Part shown: piece after piece, positions 1 through 10,499 of the stretch
Layout: every line of letters starts with the position of its first letter
How positions within the stretch are numbered: position 1 is the first letter of the stretch
Assembly: GCA_002269645.1 (NCBI GenBank)
Contig: NIVC01000471.1
Location: forward strand, 1-64,000
Direction of reading: 5' to 3'
DNA length: 64,000 bases
DNA from: Macrostomum lignano
Taxonomy: Eukaryota
Position numbers and translations under genes: made by a program
Notes under the pieces: model-generated
Database searches by the model: none
Seen by the model: the letters and a program-made list of their open reading frames with translations, nothing else
Told to the model about the DNA's origin: nothing

Positions 1-284
1 CCGCGGTGTCGCCAGCGGACACGGCCAGGCAGGGAAAGTGGAAGCTGAGCAGCAGGCAGGCGCAGCGGCAGACCCGCTCGGCTGCAGTCCGCCAGCCGCC
101 AGCGAGTCCAGAGCGGCAAGCAGGCGCTTGGCGTGCACAGCCGGCAGGGCTGAGATGGCCTGCTCAAGCTCGTGCAGAGGCTGCCGGCCCAGCCAGCTGC
201 CCAGCGACTCCAGCGGCTTGTTGCTGCCGCCGCTGACACCGGCTGATGATGGCTTCGTCTCCTGTCGGTGTCCGTCTCCCAGCG
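1..284 (-). CDS. WDR3: WDR3 exon with Dip2/Utp12 C-terminal domain (runs off window; apparent 1-nt deletion near 70)
   Basis: ELEQAISALPAVHAKRLL, then in the -1 frame ERVCRCACLLLSFHF (WDR3: ELEESLLVLPFSY...ELICRCLFFLLRIHF). Acceptor CCCTCAG| at 285. Confidence 0.75.
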
Positions 285-361
285 CTGAGGGACAGAGGGG
301 GGTGGAATCTAATTATTTATTGTGCTCTGCGTGTGTGGCAACTCGGAAGACTGGGCCCAGC

Positions 362-1549
362 AAATGACAGAATGACCATACAGTGACACAATGACCATAC
401 AGTGACAGAATGACCATACAGTGACAGAATGACCATGCAGTGACACAATCACCATACAGTGACAGAATGACCATACAGTGACACAACAGCCACAGTGATA
501 CAATGACCAGTGACCACAGTGACACAACGGCCACAGTGACACAACGGCCACAGTGACACAATGACCAGTGACCACAGTGACACAACGGCCACAGTGTCAC
601 AACGGCCACAATGACACAATGACCACAGTGACACAATGACCAGTGACCACAGTGACACAACAGCCACAGTGACACAATGACCAGTGACCAGTGACACAAC
701 GGCCACAGTGACACAATGACCAGTGACCACAGTGACACAACAGCCACAGTGACACAACAGCCACAGTGACACAACAGCCACAGTGACACAACGGCCACAG
801 TGACACAACGGCCACAGTGACACAATGACCAGTGACCACAGTGACACAACAGCCACAGTGACACAACGGCCACAGTGACACAACGGCCACAGTGACACAA
901 TGACCAGTGACCACAGTGACACAACAGCCACAGTGACACAATGACCACAGTGACACAACGGCCACAGTGACACAATGACCAGTGACCACAGTGACACAAC
1001 GGCCACAGTGACAAACGGCCACAGTGACAAACGGCCACAATGACCACAGTGACACAATGACCAGTGACCACAGTGACACAACAGCCACAGTGACACAACG
1101 GCCACAGTGACACAACGGCCACAGTGACACAATGACCAGTGACCACAGTGACACAACAGCCACAGTGACACAACGGCCACAGTGACACAACGGCCACAGT
1201 GACACAATGACCAGTGACCACAGTGACACAACAGCCACAGTGACACAATGACCACAGTGACACAACGGCCACAGTGACACAATGACCAGTGACCACAGTG
1301 ACACAACGGCCACAGTGACAAACGGTCACAATGACACAATGACCACAGTGACACAATGACCAGTGACCACAGTGACACAACAGCCACAGTGACACAATGA
1401 CCAGTGACCACAGTGACACAACAGCCACAGTGACACAATAACCAGTGACCACAGTGACACAACAGCCACAGTGTCACAATGACCAGTGACCACAGTGACA
1501 CAACAGCCACAATGACCAGTGACCACAGTGACACAACAGCCACAATGAC
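362..1549. repeat. Intronic minisatellite built from CACAGTGACACAA(TGAC/CGGC/CAGC) variants
   Basis: Direct tandem repeats; source of the spurious Cys/Val-rich ORFs. Confidence 0.97.
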
Positions 1550-1595
1550 AGGCAGAGCACCAAGGCAATGCAGTCTGCAGCAGTCGCAGCCGTAC

Positions 1596-2447
1596 CTCCA
1601 GAGCAGCCAGCAACGCCTCGGCGCCGCGCACAGACTGCAGGCTCAGGCGGGACACCAGGCCGCTAGCTGCGCTGTCAGTGGCCTCAGCCTGCTGCTCGGC
1701 CATCTCCTCCTCAAACTGAGCATCCTTCTCCAACTCGCGCTGCTCCTCAAGCACCAGCGGCTCCTCAGTTCTCTGCCAGGTGCGAACGGAGCCGTCCTGA
1801 TCTACGCTAGCAAAGTAGTCCCCGGTGGGGGCAACTGCCACACAGGCCACGGCGGACTGATGGCCGTGCAGCGCTGCGACTCTGCGGAACTTGCCGGCGT
1901 CCCACAGTCGCAGACACTTGTCGGCGCCGCAGCTCACCAGCAGGCGCGATGATGACGACGAATCGGCGCCTTCGAAACCTTCTGGCATGGGGACGAACGC
2001 CAGATCGGCAATGGCCAGGTCGTGACCGCGGAGAATCTTCTGACAGTCGCCGAACTGCAGGCCCCACAGGCGGATGGTGCGGTCGCCGGACCCGCTGGCC
2101 AGCAGGGAGGAGTCGGAGCTGGCCGCCAGGGCCGAGGCCGGCTGCGAGTGGCCGTGCAGGTGCAGGAACTGGCGCACTGAGTCGGTGAACAGAACCCGGA
2201 TGGAGTTGTCCAGCAGGCCGCAACACAGCAGGCGCGCATCCGGGGTGCTGCACACCGAGGCCAGGCAATCGTCCAGAGCGATGCTTCTGGCTAGCAGGAG
2301 GCCCAGGCGGCTGCTGAGACCGCCTTGAGCTGCCGCCCTGCTGATCTCGTAGCGCCACTGCATCGCCTGCCGCTCGCCTGAGCTGCCGCTGATGAGGCCG
2401 CTGGAGTCGCTGAGCTGGCGCAGGCAGGTCACCGGGCCGCTGTGCGC
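1596..2447 (-). CDS. WDR3: WDR3 exon (WD40 repeats and linker)
   Basis: LLASGSGDRTIRLWGLQFGDCQKILRGH and WQRTEEPLVLEEQRELEKDAQFEE match WDR3 [24 protein letters not shown] and WERTREPLILEEEREMEREAEYEE. Donor GAG|GTACGG. Confidence 0.92.
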
Positions 2448-2587
2448 CTGACAATCGGGTTCGTGGTTGGGGCCTCGCTGCGTGATTTTTCTATGAGTAG
2501 TAGCCTTAGCTGAATGCGCTACTTAGAGTAGAAATATACGCTTTTAATATGAATAAATCTATCATTATTTCTTTCAAAAAACAAAAA

Positions 2588-2758
2588 GGCTGGCCCAGCA
2601 ACTGAGGATCTGGGAGGCTGGTGGCCCAGCAACTGAGGATCTGGGAGGCTGGTGGCCCAGCGACTGAGGATCTGGGAGGCTGGTGGCCCAGCAACTGAGG
2701 ATCTGGGAGGCTGGTGGCCCAGCAACTGAGGATCTGGGACGCTGGTGGCCCAGCAACT
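2588..2758. repeat. Intronic minisatellite GGGAGGCTGG(TGG)CCCAGCAACTGAGGATCT (28-31 bp)
   Basis: About 6 tandem copies; same family as 5700-6060. Confidence 0.95.
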
Positions 2759-2786
2759 AAACAACTCAATAAAGCTCCGCGCCAAC

Positions 2787-3122
2787 CTGCAGCTGCTCAG
2801 CCACCCGGCCATCGCTGAGGTCGCAGAGTAGCAGGCGGCCATCGGCGGTGCCGACAGCGGCGTACCGATCGCCGGCAAAAACACGCAGCGGGTCATCTGG
2901 CCGCTACCTGATCCGCTTTGATCTTCGCCGCCGCTGGAGCTGGGGCAGTCGATGGTGAGTAGGCACGCAAGGCTGGAGAACCGCCACAGTTTCAGCTGAC
3001 CGGCACTCAGCGTCATCACCGCCAGGCCATCCGAGCTGACGGTCGCCCATCGGACTGGGCCTTCGTGACCGTGGCTGATTTTTGAGCCAAGAGAGTCCAC
3101 CGTGACCGCCCCGTCCGAGTAG
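2787..3122 (-). CDS. WDR3: WDR3 exon (WD40 repeats; apparent 1-nt deletion near 2873)
   Basis: GHEGPVRWATVSSDGLAVMTLSAGQLKLWR, then in the -1 frame LPGDRYAAVGTADGRLLLCDLSDG (WDR3: VPGDRQVVIGTKTGKLQLYDLASG). Confidence 0.82.
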
Positions 3123-3142
3123 CTGAGACGGTAGGACAGAAT

Positions 3143-4031
3143 CTGGAAAATGGGATTTTAATGCACTGTGGGGATCTGGAAAATGGGATTTTAATGCACT
3201 GTGGGATCTGGAAAATGGGATGTTATGCACCGTGGGAATCTGGAAAATGGATGTTATGCACCGTGGAGATCTGGAAAATGGGATTTTAATGCACTGTGGA
3301 GATCTGGAAAATGGGATTTCAATGCACTGTGGAGATCTGGAAAATGGGATTTTAATGCACTGTGGAGATCTGGAAAATGGGATTTCAATGCACTGTGGGG
3401 TCTGGAAAATGGGATTTTATGCACTGTGGAGATCTGGAAAATGGGATTTTAATGCACTGTGGAGATCTGGAAAATGGGATTTTAATGCACTGTGGAGATC
3501 TGGAAAATGGGATTTCAATGCACTGTGGGGGTCTGGAAAATGGGATTTTATGCACTGTGGGGATCTGGAAAATGGGATTTAATACACTGTGGAGATCTGG
3601 AAAATGGGATTTTAATGCACTGTGGAGATCTGGAAAATGGGATTTCAATGCATTGTGGGGATCTGGGAGGTCAATGCACTGTGGGGATATGAGAAGTCAA
3701 TGCACTATGGGGATCTGGGAGGTCAATGCACTGTGGGGATCTGAGAGGTCAATGCACTGTGGGGATCTGGGAGGTCAATGCACTGTGGGGATCTGGGAGG
3801 TCAATGCATTGTTGGGGTCTGAGAGGTCAATGCATTGTGGGGATCTGAGAGGTCAATGCACTGTGGGGATCTGAGAGGTCAATGCACTGTGGGGATCTGA
3901 CAGGTCAATGCACTGTGGGGATCTGGGAGGTCAATGCACTGTGGGGATCTGGGAGGTCAATGCACTGTGGGGATCTGGGAGGTCAATGCACTGTGGGGAA
4001 CTGGGAGGTCAATGCACTGTGGGGATCTGGG
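3143..4031. repeat. Intronic bipartite minisatellite (about 33-bp unit switching to about 26-bp unit near 3660)
   Basis: CTGTGGAGATCTGGAAAATGGGATTTTAATGCA followed by CTGTGGGGATCTGGGAGGTCAATGCA. Confidence 0.96.
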
Positions 4032-4123
4032 AGGACAATGGAAAGATACATCAACACTTCCTGACTTCCTAACGGGAGCAAAGATAGAAACCTGTAAAAG
4101 TACATATACAACAAGCATCTAAC

Positions 4124-4548
4124 CGAGTTATTGGCCAAGCTGACAAAGCACTCAAAACGCAGCGCCTCAACCTGCCGATTGCTTCCTTGAGCAGCATCCA
4201 CGGATGCCTCATCGCTGGCTCCGGAGGCTGGTTGCTCGGCCAGCCGCACGGGGCCCAGGGCAGGCCACCTGAGCTTGGCCGGAAACCCGGTCAGCATGCC
4301 GGCCGGTTTGAGCAGATCCTCAGCCGCCAGCCTGCTCGGCCGGTCCGCACCGGCTTTTCTAGCCGCCTTCCTTTGGCGCTGCTTCAGTCGGGTGCGCTGC
4401 TCGGCTGAGCTGGGGCAGGCAAACCATTCGAGACCGCGGTGCCCGAGGCCACGCACAGCAGGCGGCCATCGGCTGTGGCGGCAAGCGAGTGCGTGCGGCC
4501 TTTGGTTGCCTTGGCAACGCTGCCTAGGAACTCAGCGGCCAGGGCGTC
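4124..4548 (-). CDS. WDR3: WDR3 exon 4 (apparent 1-nt deletion near 4440)
   Basis: GRLLCVASG, then GLEWFACPSSAEQRTRLKQRQRKAARKA and FVSLANNSV. The 3' boundary is tentative; a 32-nt intron (4092-4123) and mini-exon (about 4050-4091) may follow. Confidence 0.7.
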
Positions 4549-4560
4549 CTGGAGTTTCAG

Positions 4561-5310
4561 GTGGATTTCGGGGAGATATTTGAGGTGGGATTTGGGAAGA
4601 TTTCGTATGAGATTGGGGAGATTGTTAAATTGGATTTGAGAGAATATTTGATGGGATTTGGGGAAATATTTGATGTGATTTGGGGAGATTGTTGAATGGG
4701 ATTTGGGGAGATTTTTGGGTGGGATTTGGGGAGATATTTGATGTGATTTGGGGAGATTGTTGAATGAGATTTGGGGAGATTTTGAATGGGATTTGGGGAG
4801 ATTTTGAATGGGATTTGGGGAGATATTTGATGTGATTTGGGGAGATTGTTGAATGGGATTTGGGGAGATTTTTGGGTGGGATTTGGGGAGATATTTGATG
4901 TGATTTGGGGAGATTGTTGAATGGGATTTGGGGAGATTTTGAATGGGATTTGGGGAGATATTTGATGTGATTTGGGGAGATTGTTGAATGGGATTTGGGG
5001 AGATTTTGAATGGGATTTGGGGAGATATTTGATGTGATTTGGGGAGATTGTTGAATGGGATTTGGGGAGATTTTGAATGGGATTTGGGGAGATTTTGGAT
5101 GGGATTTGGGGAGATTTTGAATGGGATTTGGGGAGATATTTGATGTGATTTGGGGAGATTGTTGAATGGGATTTGGGGAGATTTTGAATGGGATTTGGGG
5201 AGATTTTGGATGGGATTTGGGGAGATTTTGAATGGGATTTGGGGAGATATTTGATGTGATTTGGGGAGATTGTTGAATGGGATTCGGGGAGATTTTTGGG
5301 TGGGATTTGA
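4561..5310. repeat. Intronic G/T-rich minisatellite (GGGATTTGGGGAGAT... variants)
   Basis: Tandem 20-24 bp variants arranged in higher-order blocks. Confidence 0.96.
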
Positions 5311-5332
5311 AGAATATTTTGAAGAATGAAAC

Positions 5333-5635
5333 CTCGAGATCGGCTGGCTGCAGCAGGGCCAGCTGCTCAGCCTCCTTAGCTGCATCAGTCTGAGCTCTCT
5401 TAGCCTCAGGTGCGCGATCGTCTTGAACTGAGAGGCGCCACAGGCGCAGCTGATTGTCGCACGAGCCCGTCACCAGGAGGTCCCTGGCGTCGCCAATCAA
5501 AGCGAAGTCCCAGATTTCGCCCGGGTGACCCGTCAGGGTTTTGAAGCAGACGCGTATGTCCAGATTCCAGAATTTCATGAGGCCGTCTTTGGAGGCGCTG
5601 AGCAGGCAGTTGCTCCACTGCTCCAGGAACTCTAC
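5333..5635 (-). CDS. WDR3: WDR3 exon 3
   Basis: LLSASKDGLMKFWNLDIRVCFKTLTGHPGEIWDFAL matches WDR3 LLVTSGKDTMVKWWDLDTQHCFKTMVGHRTEVW. Acceptor ACCAG|, donor GAG|GTTTCA. Confidence 0.88.
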
Positions 5636-5699
5636 CTGGTGCGGGAAATTATTGCGGAATTGTATCCGGGGGAAAGGAGTAAGAATAATTATGAGGATC

Positions 5700-6060
5700 C
5701 TGGCTCTGGATCCGGGAGGCTGGCCAAGCAACTGAGGATCCGGGAGGCTGGCCAAGCAACTGGGGATCTGGGAGGCTGGCCAAGCAACTGGGGATCTTGG
5801 AGGCTGGCCCAGCAACTAAGGATTTTGGAGGCTGGCCCAGCAACTGGGGATCTGGGAGGCTGGCCCAGTAACTAGGGATCTGGGAGGCTGGCCCAGCAAC
5901 TGGGGATCTGGGAGGCTGGCCCAGCAACTGAGGATCTGGGACGCTGGCCAAGCAACTGAGGATCTGAAAGGCTGGCCCAGCAACTTGGGATCTGGGAGGC
6001 TGGCCCAGAAACTGGGGATCTGGGAGGCTGACCAAGCAACTGGGGATCTTGGAGGCTGGC
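5700..6060. repeat. Intronic 28-bp minisatellite GGGAGGCTGGCCCAGCAACTGGGGATCT
   Basis: About 13 tandem copies. Confidence 0.96.
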
Positions 6061-6107
6061 GGCAGTGGTTACGGGTGAAGAAAAACCAGGACCCCAACAA
6101 GCCGCAC

Positions 6108-6276
6108 CTTGGTGACGGCATTGGAGTGGCCCTGCAGGCGGAAGCCGCTCTCCCCTCGATGCGCAGCACTGTGACGTCAGAGTCCATGCCGCCAGCGGCT
6201 AGCAGAGACCCGTCAGCGTTGAAAGCCATTGAAGACACTGCGTTCTTGTGGCCGCAGAACTTCACCAGCAGCTCGC
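6108..6276 (-). CDS. WDR3: WDR3 exon 2 (apparent 1-nt deletion at C-run 6152-6155)
   Basis: GELLVKFCGHKNAVSSMAFNADGSLLAAGGMDSDV, then ESGFRLQGHSNAVTK in the -1 frame. Canonical AG and GT ends. Confidence 0.82.
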
Positions 6277-6319
6277 CTGCAGTGCACAGGGTGGAAAATC
6301 TGTAGCTGATCATTTAGAA

Positions 6320-6825
6320 TAACACACTGAAATCCGCTCCCTACCCTCACAAAACACACTGAAATCCGCTCCCTACCCTCACAAAACACACTGAAATCCG
6401 CTCCCTACCCTCACAAAACACACTGAAATCCGCTCCCTACCCTTACAAAACACACTGAAATCCGCTCCCTACCCTTACAAAACACACTGAAATCCGCTCC
6501 CTACCCTTACAAAACACACTGAAATCCGCTCCCTACCCTCACAAAACACACTGAAATCCGCTCCCTACCCTCACAAAACACGCTGAAATCCGCTCCCTAC
6601 CCTTACAAAACACACTGAAATCCGCTCCCTACCCTCACAAAACACACTGAAATCCGCTCCCCACCCTCACAAAACACACTGAAATCCGCTCCCTACCCTC
6701 ACAAAACACACTGAAATCCGCTCCCTACCCTCACAAAACACACTGAAATCCGCTCCCTACCCTCACAAAACACACTGAAATCCGCTCCCCACCCTCACAA
6801 AACACACTGAAATCCGCTCCCCACC
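6320..6825. repeat. Intronic 32-bp minisatellite AACACACTGAAATCCGCTCCCTACCCTCACAA
   Basis: About 16 near-identical head-to-tail copies with no spacers. Confidence 0.97.
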
Positions 6826-6850
6826 ATCAAACACAGTAAAACCCGCTCAC

Positions 6851-7193
6851 CTGTCCACAGGTTGTACAGCCGAATCCAGCCATCCGAGTAGCCAACAGCG
6901 AGCGCCGAGGCGCCAGCATGCCAGGCCAGGCGCGCCACAACGGCGCCGGCGCGCAATCTCGGCCGCGCGGCCTCTTCGTCGGCGAAATCATCGTCGTCTT
7001 CTTCGCGAAATTTGCGAGCAGCCTGGCCGGTGACGGGGTTCCAGGCGATGGCGTCCTCGGCAGCGCCGGCCAGCACCAGAGGGCGGTGCCGCGTCACCGG
7101 GTCGGACACGGCCAGGATGTTGCAGCGAGGCGAAGCGGTCAGACCGAACCGGGAGTCGGCGGTGTACCGGGGGTACTCGTGGGTGACGGGCAT
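6851..7193 (-). CDS. WDR3: WDR3/UTP12 (DIP2) exon 1, SSU processome WD40 protein
   Basis: MPVTHEYPRYTADSRFGLTASPRCNI...LAVGYSDGWIRLYNLWTG resembles the WDR3 N-terminus (MGLTKQYLRY...LAVGYEDGSIRIF). ATG at 7193; donor CAG|GTGAGC at 6850. Confidence 0.88.
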
Positions 7194-7313
7194 GGCATGC
7201 ACAAGCGTGAGTCGGCTTTTTAATGAGCACTTTTGAGCTGGCTTGAGCACAGAAGCTAGAGATACATGGGATGGATAGGGCAGAGACAGAGGGAATCGAA
7301 CCCCCAGCACCGT

Positions 7314-7692
7314 GCGTGACTATAATCATTTAGGGCTTGACTATAATCATGTGGGGCTTGACTATAATCATGTGGGGCTTGACTATAATCATGTGGGGCT
7401 TGACTATAATCATGTGGGGCTTGACTATAATCATGTGGGGCTTGACTATAATCATGTGGGGCTTGACTATAACCATGTGGGGCTTGACTATAACCATGTG
7501 GGGCTTGACTATAATCATGTGGGGCTTGACTATAATCATGTGGGGCTTGACTATAATCATGTTGGGCTTGACTATAATCATGTGGGGCTTGACTATAACC
7601 ATGTGGGGCTTGACTATAATCATGTGGGGCTTGACTATAATCATGTGGGGCTTGACTATAATCATGTGGGGCTTGACTATAATCATGTGGGG
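7314..7692. repeat. 21-bp minisatellite GGGCTTGACTATAATCATGTG just upstream of the WDR3 start
   Basis: About 18 near-identical copies. Confidence 0.97.
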
Positions 7693-7945
7693 CTTTCCAA
7701 AATTGAAAGTGTAAAAAATAACTAAACCAAAAAAGGCTAAGCATGATAAAAATGATATCGGTTTTGATGTATTGAACTCAGCAATTAAAAAGTCATAATA
7801 GCAAAAAATGCAATGTTTTGTTGAGAGAGACAAAAAGCACGTGTTTGAAAGCTGAGATGCGCTTCAAAAAAAATCGAAATAAAAAACACAACACGGTTGT
7901 TAGTTTTCTATCTGCAGTGATCCACAGACTTGAGATTTTATCTCA

Positions 7946-8301
7946 CTAGGCACAAAGCATGGCCTCCTCGTAAGTCGGTGGCGGGCTGCGGTGTACATCA
8001 GGTTGGCCAAGCTGACGGTTCTGCCAGCAGCTCTGATCGCCATTGACTTGCCTGAAGGAGTTCAGCAGCATTGGAGGAGCAGAAGCTGCCGGGCAGGGGG
8101 GCGGATGCAGTCTGCTGCTGCTGCTGGCTGAGAGAGCAGCGCCACTGCGCACTAAGGGAAACGGAGGTGCCAGCATGCAGCGATAGAAGCCGTAGCAGAG
8201 CAGCAATAGAAAAATCAGCGACACCACAATTAGGCCGATTGGAAGTGGCTGCGGAAACTGCAGCATTCTGCCGCAGCTGCCTGACCTGGTGCACCCGCCA
8301 G
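7946..8301 (-). CDS. Terminal exon of a small single-pass membrane protein with C-terminal PPxY motif (WBP1/VOPP1/Shisa-like architecture)
   Basis: Acceptor CTGCAG| at 8302. Hydrophobic helix IGLIVVSLIFLLLLCYGFYRC, Pro/Ser-rich tail, PPPTYEEA, stop at 7946-7948. Upstream exons not identified. Confidence 0.6.
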
Positions 8302-8571
8302 CTGCAGTATGTGTAATATATTGGGATTTGTTTAGGCATGAATAATGTATTCAGTTTTGCAATTAGCTAGAAGCTACTGATTGGTAACTAGGGATGATTG
8401 TCCAGCAGACTACAAGTTGCTAAAATTCTTCTATTAAATTATCTGTATGGAACAATACATTTTAAGATTTTCCAATTATCAAAATTCTATTCATTTAGTA
8501 GGTTGTTTGTGCAGTTTTAGACATGAAACTTTGAACATCAAACTGTTATTTTATGTTTTTAAATCTATATT

Positions 8572-8614
8572 AGAGATAGATAGATAGATAGATATATGGA
8601 TAGATGGATATATG

Positions 8615-8659
<45 letters not shown>

Positions 8660-8879
8660 GTAGATAGACAGATAAATGAATAGATAGGTAGATAGATGAT
8701 AGATAGATATATAGAGATAGATAGATGGATAGATAGATAGATGGGTAGATAGATAGGTAGATGGACAGATAAATGGATAGATAGGTAGATAGATAATAGA
8801 TATATAGATAGATAGATAGATAGATATAGATAGATAGATAGATAGATAGATAGAAAGATAGATAGATATAGATAGATAC
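8572..8879. repeat. (GATA)n microsatellite, imperfect
   Basis: Direct inspection. Confidence 0.97.
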
Positions 8880-10499
8880 AAACTATTTTTGCATTTTTGA
8901 TATATAGATATATATGAATAGTCTGGGTGTCAAAATAAATAAACCAAAAGTGTTAAATTCTTTGTCAGAACACTAGTCTATCTGGGCCATAGCCTAGGCT
9001 CTAATCCAAGGATAATTACATTAATTTTGGGACTAAATTGGATTTTTTCTTGTGATTGCTTGCATAATAAGCATCATTGATTGAAGCCTAAAGGCTAGCC
9101 TCAAAGCCACTATAAAGTGTATATGCCCAATAGTAAATTAAGTTAGGGCTACTACAAAGGCTATCCCAAAAGTAGAGTTATTTTCATTATATCTCTCATT
9201 TTGATGATCCAAATAATATCATTTTTGCACAATTTTATAGTGGCAGCTCTCTTTCTCATATTAACTTGAACATCTTTAAAATCAAACAAAGGAAACAAAA
9301 GTTACAAACTCATTGATTTGCATTCAAGTGTTGCTTAGGGGAGCAAGATTTATACCCTTTGGAGGAGAGAACACAGTGTAGCCAAGATTAATGCGCAGCT
9401 TTCATTGGCTTATTGGTCTAATGCTATCATTTACCACAATTGTTTTACACATTTACTGCACCCAGTTACCCATTTTTCAGCTTCCACTTTGAAATTTTGC
9501 TAGCCGACTAACTTACTATAAGTCTATAGTTGAGCTCCTGCTACATTTTAGTTTGTAACTTTCGATTCCATTGTCTGACTTTAAAAATGTTAAATTTTAT
9601 ATATAAAGAGAATTGCCATTATAAAATTTTGCAAAATAATGATAGTTGAATCAATGGAACAAGAGATATAATGAAAAGTAAACCCTACTTTTAGGACAGC
9701 CCTCATATATCTTAGATAATAAGTATTATTTATGTCTATGTCTATTGCCTAAACATATATATATGATTGAATATCTATCTGAGCTTGCTTTTTTGTTTAA
9801 TGCTTCAGAAAGTTAGCAGAATGAGCTGCAATGTCTTATATTAATATTAGTTATGACACATTGCTTATAACATAGTCATAGAAGAATTTGTGAGGCCTAT
9901 TTGCCTATAAAAATGACCTAGGAAATTATAATTGCAAATAGTGAAATAGGAACAAACTAGTAAATAAATTTTTGCTAAAATATATCCCCATACGGCCATA
10001 GCCTAGACCACTCTACTCTAATTATATACCATTTTCAGGAAAATGCATTATATGCATCAGAAAAAAAACTTTTAGGCTGTCAGCACTAAGAGATAGCTCA
10101 CCTAATCCTAGGCCTAATCTAGATATCAATTATACTTATAGATAGATATATTGCTCTGCACAATAACCACCTAGGCCAGGCCTATGCCAGAAATTTAAGT
10201 CAGAAATTCAATTCTATTTCTGCATGTGAAATTCAAAAGGAAAAAAAAACATAACCTGATAACCAGTCATATAGAGTTTGCAGTGCTGCACTTTGCAAAT
10301 TCATTAGGACTTAGGTCCTCACTCCTCATTGTCTCCACCCTGACTGACTTTAATTACATTTCTGCTATACCACTTATATCTAGCACTGGTCTACTGGGTT
10401 TTTTTTTCGCCAGAGATAAGGTGCGAAATCGCACCTTGTGCCAAATTTCAAGGTGCGATTTTAAGGCTCAGAGTGCAATTTCTCTTGAGTCTTGTTTAG

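Noticed and set aside
309-1543. Long Cys/His/Val-rich ORFs (up to 379 aa)
   Set aside because: They are translations of an intronic minisatellite in several frames.
2617-2750. Repeated GCTGGTGG (E. coli Chi) octamers
   Set aside because: A by-product of the minisatellite unit in a eukaryote; RecBCD is not relevant.
6320-7692. Regular 32-bp and 21-bp repeats resembling CRISPR arrays
   Set aside because: Units are head-to-tail with no unique spacers, there are no cas genes, and the context is eukaryotic intron or intergenic DNA.
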